Below the pieces are notes generated by a model, which saw only the letters and a list, made by a program, of their open reading frames with translations, was not told the origin of the DNA and did not search any database. A program made the position numbers and the translations under genes. Shown here in pieces: positions 37,101 to 47,475 of a DNA stretch of 64,000 nucleotides. Source of the DNA: Mobula birostris (Eukaryota); contig NC_092370.1 of assembly GCF_030028105.1 (NCBI RefSeq), forward strand, positions 176,090,647-176,154,646, written 5' to 3'. The number at the start of each line of letters is the position of its first letter. Positions within the stretch are counted from its first letter, which is position 1.

Positions 37101-40100
37101 CTGAAACGTCGACCGTACCTCCTCCTAGAGATGCTGCCTGGCCTGCTGTGTTCACCAGCAACTTTGATGTGTGTTGCTTGAATTTCCAGCATCTGCAGAA
37201 TTCCTCATGTTTGCGTAACTAATGTAGGTCTTTTGTCACAGCGAGGTTTCGTAAAGCGAACGTTCGAAAAGTGGGGAACACCTGTATGGAACTAAGTTAC
37301 AGGTTTATTGTAAGTGCATTCAATAGAGGACCAGGCTGAAGGGCCGAAAAATATTTACACAAAACTAGTTATTTACTAAAGTTCAACTTTAGTTTTACTG
37401 TTCAAGTTCAACTATGGAAATAATTTACAGCTTAGTGATGAAAAAATTAATTGGATGATACTCCTTGTCAATATACAAGAACTTTGAAATCTTCGTTACC
37501 TATTCTTTATCTAACACAAGGTATTTGTTTATATATTAAATTTCATTCAAAGAACATGCAGTGTAGGGAACATTTCAACAAAAAATACTGGAAATCTTTA
37601 AAAAGGATCAAGGTAGCAAAGTTCGTTAACACTTATGGTAACTAAAGTTTAATATTTCACACTGGCGACCTTTCATTAAAGCAGTTAAAGCAGATGTGTG
37701 GGACATTTGTTTTACACAGATACTGGGAGGTACCTGGAACACACTGCAGGGGTGCTGGTGGAAGCAGATATTATGGTGCCACAATGCAAACATTGTGGGA
37801 TGAAAGCTGTGGTCCTGTGCTGTATTGTTCTATGAATGCAGGGATAGAAGTGGAGGTGTGAGCAACAGCAAGTCACGTGTAGTTTGATCAAAAAGATGAA
37901 GCAACCATGAAATATTGGAAACTCTCAGCACATCTGGTAGCATTTGTAAAACGAGAAACAAAATGTTAACTCTTGGTTGTCTTTCCATGCATATGCCTAA
38001 CCTGTTCGGTAATTCCAACATTTTCTATTTTTATCATTCATTAGATTTGTAGGTGGCAGGAGAGAAAACAAAAGTGGCTGAAACTGGCAAAAAAAAAGAT
38101 GGTAAATGTTGATTTCAACATTTAGAGAAACTTTGATAGGCACATGGACGGGTGGGGCATGGAGGGTTATAGTCCAGGTGCTGGTTGGTGGGACTACGCA
38201 GATAAATAGGTGGCACAGACTAGATGGGCTGAAGGGCCTGTTTCTATGCTGTAGCGCTCCATGACTCTAAAAACAAAAAGTCAGTTTAGTAATGAGTACT
38301 TGCTCGAGTTTGCATTATTCTGTGAAACTCACAAGTACATCAGGTTTTATAGCCAGGGCTATGCACGTTAACCATGTCATTATATTAAAGGTGACAAACT
38401 GTTCTCTGAATTTGGAAATCAAATCCTAAGCTGGCAAAAGGAGATCATACTCCAAAAAGCACAGCAATGGTGACTGATCCAATAGACTGTCCCCTGAAAT
38501 AAAGTATTAGCACTTCTTCCCCACATTTCTACAGTGCAGGCTTGACTAAAGAACAGCATGTAGAACAGACAGGGGCTTCACTGCATTATGGATTTAGAAA
38601 TTTCACAAACCAGCAAACGGCATGACTACAGCACCTCCTTCCTTAATTAGTATAATTATTAACAAATGGGACATTCAAGTGTTGGATGATCAACCAGCCA
38701 CAAAAATAATTTACAATCCTTTCTGTTGCAGCCCTTGCTTCCACCAGACAATTTATTTTTCAATTAAAGAACTTCTATAAACTATTGTCAAGACCTCAAA
38801 GCGTTCACACCACTATCCACTCGAAGTATTTTCAATGTGGTCATAGCTTTAGTATGTGAAACAAGCCATCAATTTATGCACAAGGCCCTAAAGAGCTACA
38901 GTATGCGATTAGCACAAGATAATTTTAGTGATGTTGAAGGACAAAAATGGCGCAATGTTGCCTCCGTAACACAGGAGGTCAGAATGGAGCTTCTGCCAGG
39001 AGGAGGAAGTACAGCGCTCATTTCTGCGCGCGTTAGCAACCTGGATTCCGTGTTCAAATTTCCAGATCTGTAATTTCCTTAACAGAAAAGTTCACAGCCA
39101 AAACTTACAATCAAGTCACTTGTAAATTACACACTCCAGTGAATCTTATCACCTTTCCCCCTTCTTCCCAGAGTATCTTAAGATCTTGAAGCTGTAGAAT
39201 AACAAAATAAGAGCATTTGGCCCTTGACGCCCGTTTCACCGTTCATCGCAACTAACCTAGCTCACACTCTTTTACCCGAGCTATTTTGATATCCCTTTAA
39301 CATCCTCCACACTCCTCAGAGATAAGAGTTCCAAAGATTCACCACACGCTTTAAAAATCTCCATTTCCTCCTCTTATGCGGTGATGTGACCCCTGGTTTT
39401 CGGGTCCTTGGCCAACTTCTTCCCTGCATTATCCTGCCAAACCCTGCACGAATGTTATTAGTGTCAATGAGATTGTCTCTCATTCTATTAAATACTGGTG
39501 CGACAGATCCATTCTATTCAAGCTCTCCTCAGAAGGCAAACCTGCAATACCAGATATGCAAATATGGAAATAGACAAACATTTTGAACTTTATCTAAGTT
39601 AACGAATACATATTAGCAACTACAGAAAACCTAGGAACACAGATTAGCTGTTAATCAGATAAAACGTTTTGGTTGATAATGTTTCAAAGAAATCAGAAGA
39701 TAACTTTGCTGATTTGTTGCTTTAGCTGAGAGGCTACACAAGCTTTATTAAGCAACAAAATATAATATTGCAAGAAATACTCAGCGGGACAGATGGCATC
39801 CATGGAAAGAGAACAAAGTTCGGGTTTCAGATTAACCTGGCACCTGCTCATCGTCCCCCCCCCCCCCAGTGTTTCATTTCACAATTCGGCATCTGCATTA
39901 TTTCACATCTTCGCCCCCCCCCCACTCATTTCCAATTCCTGTTCAGTGTTCTTTTCTGATTGTTTGCTTCAGACCACAGTTTACAATGTTCTGGCAGCGC
40001 GGAACTTCGCCCCCTTCCTCCACATGATATTCTACACCATGTGGTGGTGGAATAGAAGACGGACAAGTAAAGCTCAGGGATTAGTCATGTACGGCTGCCG

Positions 40101-40719
40101 CTCAGTTTTAAAAACGCTAAACACAACGGAATAAAAGCCAACCACGAGGGGGTGGAAAGCAATCGATCGATATAAAAAGAGTGAATAAACCGGGTTCTTT
40201 TCCTTCGAGACCTCGCGAGAAGGAGGAAGTAACAAGTATATGTGTAGGTAAATAAAAGTCGCGAAGTGCCTGCTCCCTGACTGAGCTGCGAACCGCGCTG
40301 ATGCATACACTCCCATCCGTTAGCTGCTGCAGCAGCCCTGTACTCACCCAGAGCTTTCAAGCGATCTATCAGCCCGGCGTCCCTGATTGCCTGGGGCCCA
40401 ACCTCGACTCCTCGCCGCTTCTATAATTAAATCAATACAAATATATAAACACCAACAGGAATCATTACAAATGTTAGCTTGCATTCTGCATGCATTTGTG
40501 CAGTCGCAATAACAAAAGATGACGTTCTTAGGTGGGTCATTGCTATCACACATTCAGTCACCCCTCCCCCGTTAGATTTTGGATAAATGAAACTCTCAGT
40601 ACCTGGCCATAGGAGAATGGCGCACCGATTATACCCAGAGAATGGACCGATCGCTTCTGCTTGGGAAAAGCGCCCAGCTGTTTCCCCAAAAGGTGCACAA
40701 TTCTCAGTCGCAAAGACAT
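24990..40719 (-). CDS. arg2: Arginase-2, mitochondrial, complete 8-exon CDS (complement join 40603-40719, 40348-40420, 28128-28302, 27865-28024, 27622-27716, 25731-25835, 25285-25421, 24990-25183), 351 aa
   Basis: 1056 nt open after splicing at GT-AG sites. Motifs [58 protein letters not shown] and DLVEVNP; Arg/Lys-rich, acid-free N-terminal presequence; tail-to-tail with vti1b as in human. Confidence 0.96.
25285..25421 (-). CDS. arg2: arg2 exon 7
   Basis: ttatag|[45 protein letters not shown]|gtacga. Confidence 0.96.
25731..25835 (-). CDS. arg2: arg2 exon 6
   Basis: tatcag|[34 protein letters not shown]|gtaagt. Confidence 0.95.
26640..27370 (+). mobile_element. Old RTE-like LINE remnant
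   Basis: Degenerate resemblance only; no intact ORF. Confidence 0.35.
27622..27716 (-). CDS. arg2: arg2 exon 5
   Basis: ttttag|[31 protein letters not shown]|gtaaga. Confidence 0.95.
27865..28024 (-). CDS. arg2: arg2 exon 4
   Basis: aaccag|[53 protein letters not shown]|gtaaaa. Confidence 0.95.
28128..28302 (-). CDS. arg2: arg2 exon 3
   Basis: tttcag|[11 protein letters not shown]...SVMLGGDH|gtaggt. Confidence 0.94.
29510..29572. mobile_element. 63-bp Tc1-type mini element (two TIRs only)
   Basis: CAGTGCTGTGCAAAAGTCTT...AAGACTTTTGCACAGTACTG|TA. Confidence 0.7.
30755..31370 (+). mobile_element. Rex1/Babar 3' fragment
   Basis: [11 protein letters not shown]..., FYTAIIDSI remnants. Confidence 0.65.
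35189..37214. mobile_element. Penelope-like (Neptune-type) retroelement, 5'-truncated, with inverted 3'/pLTR duplication
   Basis: RT thumb HPALKFT...LPFLDL...[11 protein letters not shown]...[14 protein letters not shown]; [14 protein letters not shown]...[17 protein letters not shown]; 16-bp TSD gtaactaa(c/t)gta(a/g)gtc. Confidence 0.92.
37078..37115 (+). ncRNA. Minimal type I hammerhead ribozyme motif in a PLE pLTR
   Basis: GTC-CTGACGA-AGGGTCTCGGCCT-GAAA-CGTC-GAC. Confidence 0.7.
40348..40420 (-). CDS. arg2: arg2 exon 2
   Basis: ttatag|[24 protein letters not shown]|gtgagt. Confidence 0.94.
40603..40719 (-). CDS. arg2: arg2 exon 1 (mitochondrial targeting peptide)
   Basis: [39 protein letters not shown]|gtactg. 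Confidence 0.93.
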
Positions 40720-40724
40720 GGCTC

Positions 40725-40825
40725 TAAGAGTGAAGGGGAAGCCCTGCCTTTTATAACTTGGCGTTTCATCACCCGACTGCTATTGGTTGGCACGCATCTG
40801 ACGTCCGCAGAGGGGCGGGAACCCT
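40725..40825 (-). promoter_or_regulatory. arg2 core promoter
   Basis: TATAAAA (40749-40755, -), CCAAT (40782-40786), CRE-like TGACGTC (40799-40805), GC box (about 40812-40818), Inr-like TCACTCT (40727-40733). Confidence 0.7.
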
Positions 40826-42239
40826 GGAAAGGAAAATATGTAAGAGGATACACTGCCACAAAGCAACAGAAAAGATAGACTATTTAAAAATATCTTCTAA
40901 TTTACAGCGTTGTTGCTGTATGGATACGCTTTTGCCGCCGTGACAAACTTTTAAAATGATGATCAGATAAAAGATGACCTCTCTTTCGCTCTAGTTTTCC
41001 TTACTTCGTCAGCTGTTGCTTTCTAACCTACGAAGTACTTTCATTCCCTGCCCACGCAGCCAGTTGCAATGAGGATAAGTGTATGTGTACCTTTAAGAAC
41101 TAAGTGTCCTTAGAAACTGGTACGACCTTGATACACTGTTGTAGCAGATGGTGCTGTTCGGTTTGAATATGGGTATCTGCAATGTAGGATGTTCTGTTGA
41201 TTCCCTTACTTTCGACTGCGGCAATAGCACCAAAAATAAACCTGCCGACGTTACTTTGTGGGAGGACATGAGGTTGATAGCTGTTGGAGATGTCCGAGAG
41301 AAACACGAGTTGGAACCCTTACTGAATCTGTAGCAGTGAAGCCAATGCATGAAGTGTTAGCCATCATATCTCTGCAAATCAACTGACTGACTACGTCCTC
41401 AATCTGGGCTATTATGCTTTTCACGCAGCTGTTGACCAATAAAATCTGCTGAGCCGTATCTAACAGATTATCATGTTTACCACTACAGGAGATTTTTCGG
41501 AAAAATTAGGGTAGGCAAAGGAAATTAATATGGAAGACACCACCTTTCAAGGCTATTCTGATTTCTGCCTATCTCACATGAGTAGAGGGATTTCTTGCTC
41601 AAGTTTCTCCTATATATTTTTATACACTTCCATCTTGCATCTTGATGGGTGATCTTACCATGTGGAGGAAGATGGAGGTTACTGGAGAGAGAAACACACA
41701 ATCTGTACTCTGCTAAATTGTTGGAAGCCCATCAACTTGACACAACCTGTTTCACCACTGATTTGTCTGGCCTGCTGAATGCTTCCTTAATATTTTCAGC
41801 ATAAGCTGTTTTATCTCACATTTTTAGCATCTGCAGTATTTTTCACATTCTCAGAATTTGCTGTATTTTTCTTTATTCTATTTATTTTATTTATTTAGAG
41901 ATTAAGCACAGTAGCAAGCCCTCCTGCCCCATGCTGCCAAATTACACCCAGGTGACCAATTAACTTAGTAACATGTACATCTTTGAACTATGGGAATATA
42001 CTTACATGTGGTTTCAGTTTCAATTGAATTGTTTAGGAAAGTGAATGAGACACTCTAAGTGAATTGAGGCTTCAAATCGTGTTATGTTTTATTTCTCTCA
42101 GTGCAATATTTCAAGAATTGTGTCCTGATTGATAGAGCTTTGGGAAAAAATGCCGAGGTTTTACTGGATGGATTCAAGAAGGTGCCTTCCACGACTTCAC
42201 TCCAACTGTGTTTTATTGCCACTAAAGGAAAACAGAAAC

Positions 42240-42720
42240 AGAGCACAAAAGATTCTGCAGATGCTGGAAATCCAGAGTGCCAAACACGAAATGCTGGAGG
42301 AACTCAGGCAGGTCAGGCAGCATCAGTGGAGAAGAATAAACAGTTGGCATGGATAGAAGAATTTAAAATTATGAGGGGCATAGGTAGGATAGATAGACAA
42401 AGTTTTTGCCCAGGGTGGAAATATCAAAAACCAGAGGGCACAGGTTTAAGGTGAGGGGGAAAGTTTGAAGGAGATGTGCAACGCTAGTTTTATTTTAACA
42501 CTGATTGAATTAGGTGCCTGGAACACACCACTGGGAAAGTGGTGAAAGCAAATACAATTGCAATGTTTAAGAGACATTTGGACAGGAACGTGACCAGGCA
42601 AGGAATGGAAGGATGTAAGTCACCATACCGACAGATAGAATAATTGAGACTGGCGTCGTGATCAGCACAGACATTGTGAGCCGAAGGACACGTTCTTGTA
42701 CTGTACAGTTCTATGTTCTA
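42240..42720 (+). mobile_element. pLTR fragment followed by a CR1 3' end
   Basis: gatgctggaaatcc...; FKIMRGIGRID; ttctatgttcta tail. Confidence 0.65.
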
Positions 42721-42779
42721 TCATAAGTTCCTACAGTCAGCAATGTGATAGTGACCACCTTGTCCATTAAAAAATGCTG

Positions 42780-43010
42780 ACTTGCAATTTTGATCTATGT
42801 TTCTGAAATAATCCCCAGAGATCCAAATATAACTTCAAAATTAGTGCCATGAGATTTTTTTTATGCACACATGGAAATAGTGTTGGAGGTTTTCTTCTCT
42901 GAAAGACAAACCTCCAACACTATTGTATTGAACCCTCATTCTAGTTTTATCTTCACCAGTTGTTGGAAATGAGTGGAGAACCTGCAAGCACATTGCTTGA
43001 AGTATCACCA
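42780..43010 (+). mobile_element. Possible DeuSINE remnant
   Basis: gccatgagatttttt...tctgaaagac.aacctccaaca resembles the Deu domain. Confidence 0.4.
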
Positions 43011-43284
43011 TTCATTAAAGCATTTTGGTGAATGCATCTTTCTCTAAGCCAACAGATTAGTTGATCAAATTAAAAAAGAAATTGCTGGAATGGTTTGTAG
43101 ATTCAGCAGCATCTTTGTTGAGAGATATGGTATACTTCAGACCATTAATCTTACAATGTAATTGATAATCTGGAAAAAATCAGTAAACTGGAAATCTGAA
43201 ATTGAAACAGAAAATGCTGGAAAGGCTCAACAATTCAGACAGAGTTTTCAGAGATAGCAGGAACAGTCAAAATCTAGTTATACG

Positions 43285-44470
43285 TTATGGATGCTCTTTA
43301 TCGACCACAACTTGGCATTCAATCATATCGTTCCCTCAAAACTAATTGTAAGTTTCAAGACCTTGACCTCAATACTTCCTTGTGCAGTCGGATCCTGGAT
43401 TTCCTCACTTCTAGACTTCTCAGGTTGGCAAGAACTTCTCCTCCACAACCTCCAAAGTGCACCACATGGCTATGCTTAGCCCCCTGCTCAAGTTGGTTAC
43501 ATTTATGACTACGTGGCTAAAAGTAGCTCCAATGGCATATTCAAGTTTGCTGATAATACCACCGTCATAGGCCAAATCAAAGATGGCGACGAATCAGCAA
43601 ATATGAGAGAGATTGAAAATCTGGCTGAGTGGTGCCACAACAACAACCTCTCAATGTCAGCAAGACCAAGGAACTGGTTATTGACTACAGGAGGAGGAAA
43701 CCAGGGGTCCATGAGTCAGTCCTAATCAGAAGATCAGAGTGGAGAGGGTCAGCATCTTTAAATTCTTCAGTGTTACTATTTTGGAGGACCTGCCGTGGCT
43801 CAGTACATAAGTGCAATTACAAAGAAAGTACAACAAAGCTTAAGTATGAAATTTAAAACTTTGACAAACTTCTATAGATGTGTCCTGGAGAGTATATTGA
43901 CTGGCTGCATCATAGCCTAGTATAGAAACACCTATGCCTTTCAATGGAATATCTTACAATAAGTAGTAAATATGGCCCAGTCCAGCACTAACAAAGTCCA
44001 TGACTGGCTCATGGACCTCTGGTTTTCTCCTCCGCACCACTGAGCTCATCTACGCAAAGCGCTTCACATCCATCATTAGGGATCCCTACCATCCAGGTCA
44101 TTGTGATCTTTTCACTGCTGCCATCAGGAAGAAGGTTCAGGAACCTCAGGACTAACACTACCAGGTTCAGGAGCAGTTATTACTCTTCAAACATCAGGCT
44201 CTTGATCCAAATGGGAAAATTTCACTGGACTTCACTTGTCCCGTCATTGAAATGTTCCCACAACCTATGAGGACTCATCTCATGTTCTCAACATTTATTG
44301 TTTATTTATTTATTTATTATTATTGTATTTGCACAGTCTAGTGTTTTAGCATACTGATTGAGTGCAAAGTTGATGCGGTCTCTCATTAATTCTTTTATGG
44401 TTATCATTATATTATGGGTTCATTGAGTGTGTCCGCAAAAAAAATGAGATGACATATGTACTTTGAATTT
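43285..44470 (+). mobile_element. Rex1/Babar LINE 3' half, decayed
   Basis: MLFIDHNLAFNHIVPSKL, FKFADNTTVIG, WCHNNNL, VSKTKELVIDYRR. Confidence 0.8.
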
Positions 44471-44809
44471 TGAACAATTTGTTGTTGTGGAACTCCACCT
44501 CCCCAGTTCACCACATTAACAAGCATTTCAAAATAAAGCAAAACTATTGTGTTGTTCGAAGAGTGTGGCAATCTTTTACATGCAGCTCAGCTGTTAATAA
44601 CTTTCAGCAGATCTCGGACTCCCTGGATCATGTTACCCAAAAATTCAAAGAGTGTAACTGGAAATGCGATGTTAACACTGGGGCCAGTTCATCCAGCCTC
44701 CCCTACTTGCCTGCCTTTTATTTGCTCCTCGATATATATTTGCATACTTATTTTTATCCGTTCTCCTCATTTAATGCCCTACGACAAATGGAGGAATGGA
44801 GTTTCTAGT

Positions 44810-45240
44810 TAGGCGCAACCGGTCTACCTGTCCTGTGGGAAAATTCCCGCAGTAATCCAGACATGCTGTCGAAGGAAAGGGGGGGGGGGCTGCAATTCTG
44901 ACCAATGGGCTTTAACCAAGCCGAACTGAGCCACGCAATAGGACAGGCCGCACCAAGATTCCGCCAATCAATGGGGATCCAGCTGGTACTATTCCAGCAC
45001 GTGAGTGAATAACAAGAATAAAAGTCTCTGCCCGCCGGCTGGCACGGTGTCGGTTTGGGAATTTTCCTATAGCATTCTGTGAGAAACTTGACCTGCACTG
45101 AAGTTACGTGTTCTTCCCTCCCCGGGCAAGCTCGCATGAAATCTAACTTTGCCACTGTCGATTTACGTCACTAATTCTCGCTACTGAAGTCCGTGGCTAC
45201 GAGAGTTCTAGTATTCAGTCTTTATTAGCCGGGCACTGAG
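44810..45240. promoter_or_regulatory. CpG-rich unique segment, candidate enhancer or promoter about 4 kb upstream of arg2
   Basis: Two kB/NFAT-like GGAAAATTCCC sites (44837, 45057), two CCAAT, E-box CACGTG, TACGTG, TTACGTCA. Confidence 0.45.
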
Positions 45241-45773
45241 TTCAAGAGCGCGCGGCAATGTTGCTGCTCTGTAAAACCCCGATTAAACCACACGGAGTGG
45301 AAACTTTAGAGAGGCTGCAGAGGATATTTACCAGAATGCTGCCTGGGTGACAGAGCAAGTCTTTTGGGGATAGGTTGAGTAAACTCGGGTTTTCTCTTTG
45401 AAGAGAAGAATGAGAGGTAACTTGATTGAAGTGTATATGACGGTAAGAGGCATAGATAGAGTGGACAACCAGAGATTTTCCCCCCGGTTTGAAAATGGTT
45501 AGTGCAACAGGGCATAACTTTAAAGTGTTTGGAGTAAAATACAATGGGAATATTAGAGACAACTTCCTCTAGTTTTTTTTTACAGCTGTGCAGACCAACA
45601 ATTGCTCTGAGCAAGAAAATTTTACATGGCCTGAAAACTGTACAGCAGTGCTTTAAATGTTTTGATAATGATATTTTTGAAATAACATTTACCAAAAAAT
45701 TCAGAATATACAATTTTTTCACATCAAACAAACACAAACCACAACTTGCAAAACAGGTAAATAATGTCAGGCA

Positions 45774-45971
45774 GTCTGCTGTGTACATACATCTATTGAT
45801 GCTTCTGGACACATCTTCAGTGATGTTCCTGGAATCATCGGGTGTTTCGGGTCTTTCAACATCATACAACCTCCTCCAGGTGACCCAGCCGGGGCTGATC
45901 AGACCCCAGCTTGTGTCCAGATAGCTAGCTACTTATGACTCCATGGCTCCCCTCTTTTGAGCCACAGCCAT
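45774..45971 (-). mobile_element. HERO 3'-end fragment
   Basis: About 5 differences in 198 bp from 5960-6157. Confidence 0.85.
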
Positions 45972-47475
45972 GGCTGACAGACACAGTGGCAAAAATAAAA
46001 TGTTTTGACTAGATGACATCAGCGTTCAGCAGGCCAGCTTTTTTCACAAAGAGCTACTGACTTGCATTCTGTGTTTATTGTTACAATTCAGAAGTGTTGT
46101 AATTTGAAACATTGACAATGTAAATACATTGAAGCTCTGAAATGTTTCAAAGTAAAGGTTGTGTTACATTTATTACTTAGAAAAATATGTATTATATTAA
46201 TTAATTACACATATTTCACTATGTTATTAACATAGCTTTAAAAATTATAATAACATCATATGAAAGAAAATTCCAGCTCCGCAACAACAAAGACTATGTG
46301 CTCGGGAGTATTTCAATTACTGTGTGGCCGTGCAGCCCCGTAGCTTGGAGGGAACAATGGTAAAGGCCCTTGATGAGAGCAAATCTGGAGTATTATGTAC
46401 AGTTTTGATTTGCTTATCTATTTGTTGGAGAGAAAATACTGTGAAGTTTCACTTGTTTGATTCCAAGTGCAGGGAGAAGTTGTGTGACGAAGCCTCTTTT
46501 CTATAGATTTAGAAGAATAAGAAGGGACTTTATTGTAAAAGCGTATATATCTTTCAACGGCTCAAGGGAGGATGTTTCTTCAGGTTGAGTAGCCTAGATT
46601 TAGGGATCAGAGTAACAAAATAAGAACAGGCCATTTAGAGTGAAATGAGAAATTTCTTCACTCAAAGGGTGGTAAACATGTAGAATCTTATAGCCTGGAA
46701 AGGTGTGGAGGTTCAGTCACAGGCTACACTACACTCAAAATTAAGAGCGAGAGATTTCTGAAAAATAAATGAATTGAGGGATTCATTTTAATATTCATGA
46801 ATCTGTTAGTTTTGTGACAGCAGGTCAACAAGCGAAATGGTCTCCTCCTGCACCTATTGCTTATGTCTTTATAAACACTGCTAGGACTCTGGGATTAATC
46901 CCCTTGATCATATTGCACTGAAGCATTAGCCTTTCAGAGAACAAAGCAGGAAGCTATTTAATCTGTCAAACCTGTGTCAATTTTCCAACTTTTTGATTCT
47001 TCCTCTTTCTCTGTGGTTTGACGATACCATTCCCAGCTGTAATCTGGTTGTAAGTCTGCCCTCACCTTGTCGTGCAGTTATGTATCCTACAACAAGTTCT
47101 TTGCCCACTGCAACATCATTACCTCTGATGGAAGTGCTTAGTAATTCTCCAGAAACTTTTGAGCTTCTCTGACCTGGCTCTGCCCCTATACAAATGACAT
47201 TTCTTTTCCCCTACTAATGATAGTTCTTACTTCATCTGTTTGGTCCTCGATCTGCAGGTCTTTTTATAAACACATTTGCCCTTCAGGCTCTCCTTTGAAA
47301 CTCACCTTTTCATACTTGCCTTGGTCACATGTTCAAATGCTGAGTATCGTCATTTGGGATATTTCACTATACAAATGTCAAAATTGTCGTTGTGACATGT
47401 CTGATATGGTAGTGTAGTGGGTAGTGCTTGTCGCTCTCACTTTCAGCTGCCACCGCTGGCCAGCAGTCTTGTGAA

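Larger units (their letters stand above)
33709..37284 (-). mobile_element. Tigger-like internally deleted DNA transposon, interrupted by a Penelope element
   Basis: TA|CAGGT...ACCTG|TA, TIR 18/25; HTH start ([24 protein letters not shown]) joined to the acidic C-terminus ([10 protein letters not shown]...[11 protein letters not shown]). Confidence 0.85.

Noticed and set aside
41030-41510. Cluster of short ORFs upstream of arg2 (pigh expected by synteny)
   Set aside because: No PIGH-like peptide found here or elsewhere in the window; probably an old repeat
46980-47375. Cluster of splice-like sites and an ATG-less open frame on the - strand
   Set aside because: No homology recognised; the neighbouring candidate exon has stops in all frames
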